Assembly (NCBI GenBank): GCA_900315705.1
Contig: ONAB01000005.1
Span: 48,510 to 112,509 of the forward strand
Reading direction: 5' to 3'
DNA from: an uncultured Bacteroidales bacterium
GTDB taxonomy: Bacteria > Bacteroidota > Bacteroidia > Bacteroidales > WCHB1-69
DNA: 64,000 nucleotides
Both the position numbers and the translations under genes were made by a program. Below the pieces are notes generated by a model. That model had not been told where the DNA came from and did no database searches. It saw only the letters and a program-made list of their open reading frames with translations. Shown here one piece after another: positions 57,805 to 64,000 of this stretch (position 1 is its first letter; each line of letters opens with the position of its first letter).

Positions 57805-58737
57805 ATGCAGAGAAAACTATTTTTACCCATCTTCCTATCAATCATACTTTTACTAACCGGATGCAAGAAGACGGACCTGACGCCGTCGTTTTTGTACATC
57901 ACGGAGGATGACCTGAACAACTGCGTGGATGTCAGCACCTTCAATGCCGACCACGACCTCAACTTCGACATTGAGCAGCTGAACGACCTGACGAAGCACT
58001 CCTTCTCGCACGTCAATGTTTATGTGAACAACAAGAACTTGGGGTGCTGGCAACTGCCCTGCAAGGTGCCGGTGCTGCACACCTCCGCCACCGACTCCGC
58101 GACAGTGGTGCTGCTGCCCGCCTTCCGCAAGACGGGTATGAACCGCACCATCAGCGGCTATCCCTTCTTCAACGTGCTGCGGAAAAAGAAGCTCCTCGTG
58201 CCGGGCGAGACCTACAATGTGTCCGACGACCCTCCCGTTTACAAATACAGCCCCTACGCACGCTTCCCCTATTTCGAGACCTTCTCCAACAGTTCCTCGT
58301 TCTCCCCGACCGACACCGGCTTCAGCACACACAGTTTCTACCCCACCGTCGTGGACGGGCGCTCGGCTGGCCAGATCGTACTGGAGGGCTCCGACGACAA
58401 GTTTGACGTGGTCTCCACGGGCATCAACCTGCCGGTGTACAATCACTATATCTATCTGGAAGTCACTTACAAGACAGACAACAACATCGACGTGGGTTTG
58501 AAAATTTCCACAGGGTCCAGTCCCAACGCCATGCATCAGATCGGCGGCATCTATCCCTCCAACGGGGAGTGGAAGACCATCTACTTTGACATCTCGAACA
58601 TCATCTTCGCATACAACTACACGGGGGCATCCGTCACCACGGCCAACATCGTGTTGTCGGGCAACAGCAAGCCCAACTTGCCGTCCACGCATTTCGAGAT
58701 CGACAACATCAAAGTCATCTACCAACCTGCCTCATAG
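57805..58737 (+). CDS. putative lipoprotein, unknown function
   Basis: Lipobox LLLTGC. 310 aa. No motif recognised. Confidence 0.6.
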   Translation: MQRKLFLPIFLSIILLLTGCKKTDLTPSFLYITEDDLNNCVDVSTFNADHDLNFDIEQLNDLTKHSFSHVNVYVNNKNLGCWQLPCKVPVLHTSATDSATVVLLPAFRKTGMNRTISGYPFFNVLRKKKLLVPGETYNVSDDPPVYKYSPYARFPYFETFSNSSSFSPTDTGFSTHSFYPTVVDGRSAGQIVLEGSDDKFDVVSTGINLPVYNHYIYLEVTYKTDNNIDVGLKISTGSSPNAMHQIGGIYPSNGEWKTIYFDISNIIFAYNYTGASVTTANIVLSGNSKPNLPSTHFEIDNIKVIYQPAS

Positions 58738-58743
58738 TCTGAT

Positions 58744-60165
58744 ATGAACAAGAAGAGACTTCTATTCACCTATATAGCCTTTGACATACTGGCCGCGATT
58801 GCATCGTGGGTATGCCTATATGTGTACCGGAAGGTCGTGGGCGAATCGATGTCCTTCGGGGCTATCGGCAATGCGATGATGGCCGACCCCACCTTTTTCT
58901 GGGGACTGCTGCTGGCGCCTACTTTCTGGGTCTTTTTGCACGCCTTCTTCGGCTATTACAACAAAGTGTACCGCAAATCGCGCCTCAACGAGCTGAAGAC
59001 CACTATCGGCGTCACCATCTTCGGTGTCCTCGTATTCTTCTTCCTGTTCATCCTCGACGACATTGTGACCTCGCCCCGCGACTATATAAAATATATGTTC
59101 TGCTATTTCACCTTGCAGTTCCTCCTCACCTACATCCCCCGCGTCTGCATCACCACCCGCATCAACCGTCGCATTCACAGGGGGTTGATCGGGTTCAACA
59201 CCATCATTGTGGGCAGCGACGCGAAGGCGCTGCAGGTGTACAACTCCCTGCAGCAGAAATTGCCCGCCCCGGGAAACTTCCTGATTGGGTACGTCAAGGT
59301 GGAGGATAACTCCGAGGACCTGCTTGGCGAGCATCTCACCTATCTCGGCACCATCGCGCAACTTCCTGACATCGTCAGCCAGAACCATATCGAAGAGTTG
59401 ATCGTCACCCTCCACAACGGGCAGCGCAAGCATATCGACAGTCTCATCGTCCTGGCCCGCGACCACGGGAACATCTCCCTCCGCATCGCGCCGCAGCAGC
59501 AGGATGTCCTTTTAGGCACTGTGAAGACCAGTTCCGTGATGTACGAGCCGCTCATCGACATCACACCAGAATATTTGCCCACGTGGCAGCGCATCCTCAA
59601 ACGCGGCTTCGACATCGTGTTTTCCCTGATTGCCCTCATCCTCCTGCTACCTCTGTACATCTTCCTGGCCATCGGCGTGAAGAAGTCGTCGCCCGGCCCC
59701 ATCTTCTACCGGCAGGAGCGCATTGGCTACCACGGCAAGCCCTTCCATATCATCAAGTTCCGGTCGATGAAGGACAATGCGGAGACCTCAGGGCCGATGC
59801 TCTCCTCCAAGTCCGACGACCGCATCACCCCCTTCGGGAAGTTTATGCGCCAATACCGTCTCGACGAGACCCCGCAGTTCTACAACGTGCTTATCGGTGA
59901 TATGTCGTTAGTGGGCCCGCGCCCCGAGCGCCAATACTACATCGACCAGATCACGGAGCGTGTTCCCTACTACCCGTTGCTGCTCGGCATCAAGCCCGGC
60001 ATCACCTCCTGGGGGCAGGTCAAGTTCGGCTATGCCGAGAATGTGGACGAGATGATCGAGCGTCTCCGCTGGGACATCCTCTACATCGAGAATATGTCCA
60101 TCGAAATGGATATCAAGATTCTCATCTACACGGTGATGATCGTGTTGAAGAAAGAGGGAAAGTGA
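58744..60165 (+). CDS. polyprenyl-phosphate sugar phosphotransferase (WbaP/EpsB-like bacterial sugar transferase)
   Basis: It has N-terminal TM helices and a C-terminal Bac_transf domain (KRGFDIVFSLIALILLLP...IIKFRSM...LVGPRP...PGITSWGQV). Confidence 0.85.
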   Translation: MNKKRLLFTYIAFDILAAIASWVCLYVYRKVVGESMSFGAIGNAMMADPTFFWGLLLAPTFWVFLHAFFGYYNKVYRKSRLNELKTTIGVTIFGVLVFFFLFILDDIVTSPRDYIKYMFCYFTLQFLLTYIPRVCITTRINRRIHRGLIGFNTIIVGSDAKALQVYNSLQQKLPAPGNFLIGYVKVEDNSEDLLGEHLTYLGTIAQLPDIVSQNHIEELIVTLHNGQRKHIDSLIVLARDHGNISLRIAPQQQDVLLGTVKTSSVMYEPLIDITPEYLPTWQRILKRGFDIVFSLIALILLLPLYIFLAIGVKKSSPGPIFYRQERIGYHGKPFHIIKFRSMKDNAETSGPMLSSKSDDRITPFGKFMRQYRLDETPQFYNVLIGDMSLVGPRPERQYYIDQITERVPYYPLLLGIKPGITSWGQVKFGYAENVDEMIERLRWDILYIENMSIEMDIKILIYTVMIVLKKEGK

Positions 60166-60225
60166 AAAAATAGTTCTGTTGTAATACCAGCCGGACTTAG
60201 GGAAGTAAAAAATGCCGAAAAGATG

Positions 60226-60320
60226 AAAACATTTTGAGATTAACACATATTCTTTTAAAAAACATTTTGAGATTAATACATATTTTTTCGGAATACATTT
60301 TGAGATTTGTACAAAAAGTG
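60226..60320. repeat. 33-bp tandem repeat, 3 units (CATTTTGAGATT core)
   Basis: CATTTTGAGATT occurs at 60230, 60263 and 60296 (period 33). It is followed by a TATTTTTG box at 60321-60328. Confidence 0.85.
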
Positions 60321-60325
60321 TATTT

Positions 60326-60550
60326 TTGCCAACAATAGCAACAAAAAAGATAGACTTCCTTCTGTCGCGTGGAAACAAGTTGTGCCCGATTGAAGTGAAG
60401 TCTTCGGGTTACAAAGCTCACGTCTCCCTTGATGAATTCTGCAAAAAGTTCTCAGGCAATACCTTGTGGAGGTATCTGGTTTATACGAAAGATCTGAAAA
60501 AAGACGGGGAAACGCTTTTGGTGCCGGCATTCTTGACAATGTTTCTATAG
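60326..60550 (+). pseudogene. 3' remnant of a DUF4143 ATPase gene
   Basis: KKIDFLLSRGNKLCPIEVKSSGY... aligns with the C-terminus of the intact DUF4143 protein at 43310-44608 (EIDFMIQDGSRIVPIEVKSEE...). About 360 N-terminal residues are missing. Confidence 0.65.
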
Positions 60551-60708
60551 AGACCTTCAACGCACCCAAACATTTCTGACAAAACTCGCTTCCTTTTCAA
60601 TAAAAAAACTGATTCATCTTCAAAAGAAATGAATTCAGTTAAAGAATAATTTTTGTATTTTTGCCACTTTGTTGCAAAAACTCTTTTGTCATCTAACATC
60701 TTTAAAAT

Positions 60709-62742
60709 ATGGAAGAAAAAGAATCTACCCAAGTCGCTCAAGAGGCTTCCACGCAACCGGAAGACATCAAGTTGGCCGACAACGCATACCGCGAGCTCAA
60801 GGAGGGCGAAACCTACAAGCCCATCCTGTTGGGGGAAAAGAAGTACCCCGAACTGAATGCCTGGACCATCACGTGGGGCATCATAATGGCCATCATCTTC
60901 TCCGCCGCCACGGCCTACTCCGGCCTGCGGTTCGGACAGGTGTTCGAGGCCGCCATCCCCATCGCCATCATCGCCGTGGGCATCTCCACACTCGCCAAGC
61001 GCAAGAGCCCGCTCTCCGAGAACGTGCTCATCCAGTCCATCGGCGCCAGTTCCGGCGTCATCGTGGCCGGCGCCATCTTCACCCTTCCCGCCATCTACAT
61101 CATCAAGGAGACCAACCCCGCCATCGGGGCCGACATACAGGTCAGCTTCTGGCAGATGTTCCTGGCCTCGCTGTTCGGCGGCTTCCTGGGCATCCTGTTC
61201 CTGATTCCCTTCCGCAAATACTTCGTCTCCGAGATGCACGGCAAATACCCGTTCCCGGAGGCCACGGCCACCACGGAGATCATCGTCTCGGGCGCCAAGG
61301 GCGGCAACCAGGCCAAGCTCCTGCTCATCAGCGGCCTTATCGGCGGCCTGTATGATTTCCTTATGACCACCTTCCACTTCTGGGCCGACACCATCTCCAC
61401 CCGTATGAGCGGCTGGGGCGAGCGACTGGCGATGAACCACAAGTTCGTCTTCAAGATGAGCGCCGAGTCCATCCTGCTGGGCACCGGCTACCTGATCGGC
61501 CTCAAATACGCCGCCGTCATCTGCGCCGGCTCCGCCCTCTCCTGGTGGGTGCTCGTGCCCCTGCTTGGCCAGTACGGTTCCGCTGACATCGCCGGCACTA
61601 TGACCGCGATGAGTACCCTCGACCCCGACTTCATCTTCGCCAACTACGTCAGATACATCGGCATCGGCGGCATCGCGATGGCCGGGCTCCTGGGCGTGGC
61701 CAAGTCGGCCGGCGTCATCAAGAAATCCTTGGGCGTGGCCCTCAAGGCCGGCAAGCAGGCGGGCGCCGACAACTCCGTGTTGCGCACCCAGCGCGACATC
61801 CCGATGAAGATCATCCTCTTCGGTTTCCTCGCCGTTATCGTGCTGATGGCCATATTCTTCATCACCGGCGGTATGCAAATGAGTCCGCTGCAAGTCATCG
61901 TGGGCATCCTTGTGGTGTTCCTGTTCGCCTTCCTCTTCACCACGGTGGCCGCCACGGCCATCGCCACGGTGGGCACCAACCCGGTGTCGGGAATGACGAT
62001 GATGACGCTCATTCTCTCCTCGTTCATCCTCTCCGCTGTGGGCCTCAAGGGCGGCTCCGGCATCGTCATCGCCTTGGTGGTGGGTGGCATCGTCTGCTCG
62101 GCCCTCTCAATGGCCGGCGGCTTCATCACCGACCTGAAGATCGGTTACTGGATCGGCACCTCGCCCTTCAAGCAGGAGGCCTTCAAGTTCGTGGGCACGC
62201 TCGTGTCGGCCCTGACTGTGGGCGCCGTCATTATGCTGCTCTCCAACACCTACGGCTACACGGGCGAAGGCGCCCTGGTGGCCCCGCAGGCCAACGCAAT
62301 GGCCGCCATCATCGAGCCCCTGATGTTCGGTGGACAGACTCCCTGGCTGCTCTACATCATCGGTGCCGTGCTGGCCATCCTCCTCGACATCCTCGGCGTG
62401 CCCGCCCTCGCGTTCGCCCTGGGTATGTTCATCCCCCTGCAACTCAACCTGCCCCTCCTCGTGGGCGGCTTCCTGGCCTGGTTCATCAAGAACCGCAGCA
62501 AAGACGAGACTCTCAACAAGCTGCGCGGCGAAAAGGGCACCCTGCTCGCTTCCGGTCTGCTGGCCGGCGGCGCCATTATGGGCGTGGTCAGCGCCATCCT
62601 CAAATACTGCGGCGTCGAGCCCACCTTTATGGCCGACTACATCGGAACACCCCTCTACAACATACTCGCCATCGTGATGTTCGCAGCCCTCTGCGTCTAT
62701 CTCGTCCTCCACGCCCTCAAAGTGGATGTGAAGGAATCATAA
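60709..62742 (+). CDS. OPT-family oligopeptide transporter
   Basis: 677 aa with about 16 TM helices and an OPT-type pattern throughout. Confidence 0.8.
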   Translation: MEEKESTQVAQEASTQPEDIKLADNAYRELKEGETYKPILLGEKKYPELNAWTITWGIIMAIIFSAATAYSGLRFGQVFEAAIPIAIIAVGISTLAKRKSPLSENVLIQSIGASSGVIVAGAIFTLPAIYIIKETNPAIGADIQVSFWQMFLASLFGGFLGILFLIPFRKYFVSEMHGKYPFPEATATTEIIVSGAKGGNQAKLLLISGLIGGLYDFLMTTFHFWADTISTRMSGWGERLAMNHKFVFKMSAESILLGTGYLIGLKYAAVICAGSALSWWVLVPLLGQYGSADIAGTMTAMSTLDPDFIFANYVRYIGIGGIAMAGLLGVAKSAGVIKKSLGVALKAGKQAGADNSVLRTQRDIPMKIILFGFLAVIVLMAIFFITGGMQMSPLQVIVGILVVFLFAFLFTTVAATAIATVGTNPVSGMTMMTLILSSFILSAVGLKGGSGIVIALVVGGIVCSALSMAGGFITDLKIGYWIGTSPFKQEAFKFVGTLVSALTVGAVIMLLSNTYGYTGEGALVAPQANAMAAIIEPLMFGGQTPWLLYIIGAVLAILLDILGVPALAFALGMFIPLQLNLPLLVGGFLAWFIKNRSKDETLNKLRGEKGTLLASGLLAGGAIMGVVSAILKYCGVEPTFMADYIGTPLYNILAIVMFAALCVYLVLHALKVDVKES

Positions 62743-62793
62743 CCCCGACAAAAACCATCATCTAAACCTATCATATTAAAAGAACACAACACT

Positions 62794-63408
62794 ATGCACA
62801 TAGCAGTAGCAGGCAACATCGGCTCCGGCAAGACCACCCTGACCGGAATGCTGGCCAAACATTATGGCTGGGACGCGCTTTACGAGAGCGTGGACAACAA
62901 CCCCTATCTTGCAAGTTTCTACCAAGATATGCAACGCTGGTCCTTCAACATCCAGGTCTATTTCCTCAACAGCCGCTTCCGTCAGGTCATCGACATCCGG
63001 AAGCGCAAGAAGGATGTGATCCAGGACCGCACCATATACGAGGACGCCTACATTTTCGCCCCGAACCTGCACGAGATGGACCTGATGGCCACCCGTGACT
63101 TCGAGAACTACACCTCCCTGTTCGAGCTGATGAGCCAGTTCCTGCAGGCCCCCGACCTGCTGATTTACCTGAAGGCGGACGTTTCCACCCTGGTGACGCA
63201 GATTCACAAGCGCGGGCGCGCCTACGAGGACTCCATCCGGCTCTCCTATCTCGAGAATCTGAACGAGAAATACGAGAAATGGATCTCCAACTACAAGGAG
63301 GGCAAACTGTTAGTGGTGGACGTAAACACCATCAAGTTCGCCGAGAAGCCCGAGGATTTCGGGGAGATCATCAACAAGATTGACGCCGAGTTGTTCGGCC
63401 TGTTCTGA
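62794..63408 (+). CDS. deoxynucleoside kinase
   Basis: P-loop AGNIGSGKTT and the dNK-family segment YESVDNNPYL..F..D..RWSF..Q.YFL. Confidence 0.85.
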   Translation: MHIAVAGNIGSGKTTLTGMLAKHYGWDALYESVDNNPYLASFYQDMQRWSFNIQVYFLNSRFRQVIDIRKRKKDVIQDRTIYEDAYIFAPNLHEMDLMATRDFENYTSLFELMSQFLQAPDLLIYLKADVSTLVTQIHKRGRAYEDSIRLSYLENLNEKYEKWISNYKEGKLLVVDVNTIKFAEKPEDFGEIINKIDAELFGLF

Positions 63409-63409
63409 T

Positions 63410-64000
63410 ATGGGCACCCGTTTCATCGGCATCATCCCGGCGCGCTACGCCTCCACCCGTTTTCCCGGCAAACCGTTGGCCTTGCTCCAGGGCAAGCCAA
63501 TGATTCAGCACGTGTGCGAGCACGTGGCGTCATCCACGCTCGACCAATACGTGGTGGCCACCGACGACGAGCGCATCTTCGAGTGCGTGCGTTCCTTCGG
63601 GGGCGAGGTGGTGATGACGGCCCCCTCCCACCCTTCCGGCACCGACCGCTGCGGAGAGGCCGCCCGCACCCTGCAGCTGAACGATGACGATGTGGTCATC
63701 AACATCCAGGGCGACGAGCCCTTCATCAGCGCCAACGAAATCGGCCTGCTGACTGGCCTATTCGAGAACCCTGCCGTCCACATCGCCACACTCGTGAAGC
63801 CCATCGACGACCCGGCCGTCGCCACCGACCCCAACAAGGTCAAGGTGGTGACCGACCGCGACGGCAAAGCCCTCTACTTCAGTCGCTTGCCCATTCCATA
63901 CGTGCGCGACGCCAACGGTCCCGCGCCCACCTACCTGCAGCACCTCGGCATCTACGCCTACCGCTACAAGACCCTCTGCGAGCTTGTCCGGCTCACCCCC
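63410..64000 (+). CDS. kdsB: 3-deoxy-manno-octulosonate cytidylyltransferase, 3' end outside the window
   Basis: The ATG at 63410 is 1 nt after the previous stop. It has IIPARYASTRFPGKPL and IQGDEPF motifs. The frame is open to the window end. Confidence 0.9.
   Translation, partial: MGTRFIGIIPARYASTRFPGKPLALLQGKPMIQHVCEHVASSTLDQYVVATDDERIFECVRSFGGEVVMTAPSHPSGTDRCGEAARTLQLNDDDVVINIQGDEPFISANEIGLLTGLFENPAVHIATLVKPIDDPAVATDPNKVKVVTDRDGKALYFSRLPIPYVRDANGPAPTYLQHLGIYAYRYKTLCELVRLTP

Overview
This is a 64-kb chromosomal window from a GC-rich Bacteroidota genome that looks Bacteroidales-like. The evidence is TAnnTTTG -7 promoter boxes in front of most genes, one T9SS C-terminal sorting domain, a GldH-like lipoprotein and no Shine-Dalgarno usage. 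Positions 1-36 kb and 54-64 kb are ordinary core genome. The left block holds tRNA-His next to hisS, tRNA-Glu, YgiQ, RNase H, comM, groES/groEL, a T9SS peptidoglycan amidase, a cation antiporter, kdd-like, iorAB, mreCD, an Omp85-family protein and dnaK. The right block holds an L,D-transpeptidase, a GDPD/EEP fusion, a sugar transferase, an OPT transporter, a deoxynucleoside kinase and kdsB. Between about 36.0 and 54.2 kb lies a mosaic accessory, defence-type island with seven parts. (1) A PARG-like plus NT5C pair sits next to a truncated BRO-N/Fic gene. (2) A 3,441-bp IS1595-family element has 23-bp terminal inverted repeats and an 8-bp A8 target duplication, and carries a frameshifted transposase plus a single-polypeptide R-M-S (Type IIG-like) restriction-modification gene. 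(3) A chimeric esterase pseudogene and two unrelated ATPases follow. (4) An rtcB-prfH RNA-repair/ribosome-rescue operon is bracketed by inverted heptamer arrays. (5) An AT-rich three-gene operon of unknown function encodes an RmuC/DUF2130-like PD-(D/E)xK nuclease, a second nuclease-like protein and an HExxH-X18-E zincin with WG repeats; this is my best candidate for an undescribed defence system. (6) A 141-bp MITE derived from the same IS ends follows. (7) Three more unknown genes close the island. Two non-genic patterns recur. Tandem 7-bp repeat arrays butt directly against CDS starts and stops at eight loci, and a reused promoter cassette (GCTACTCGCAA ... TAnnTTTGC) precedes several island genes. 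All family calls come from motif recognition by eye. No BLAST, HMM or folding was run.
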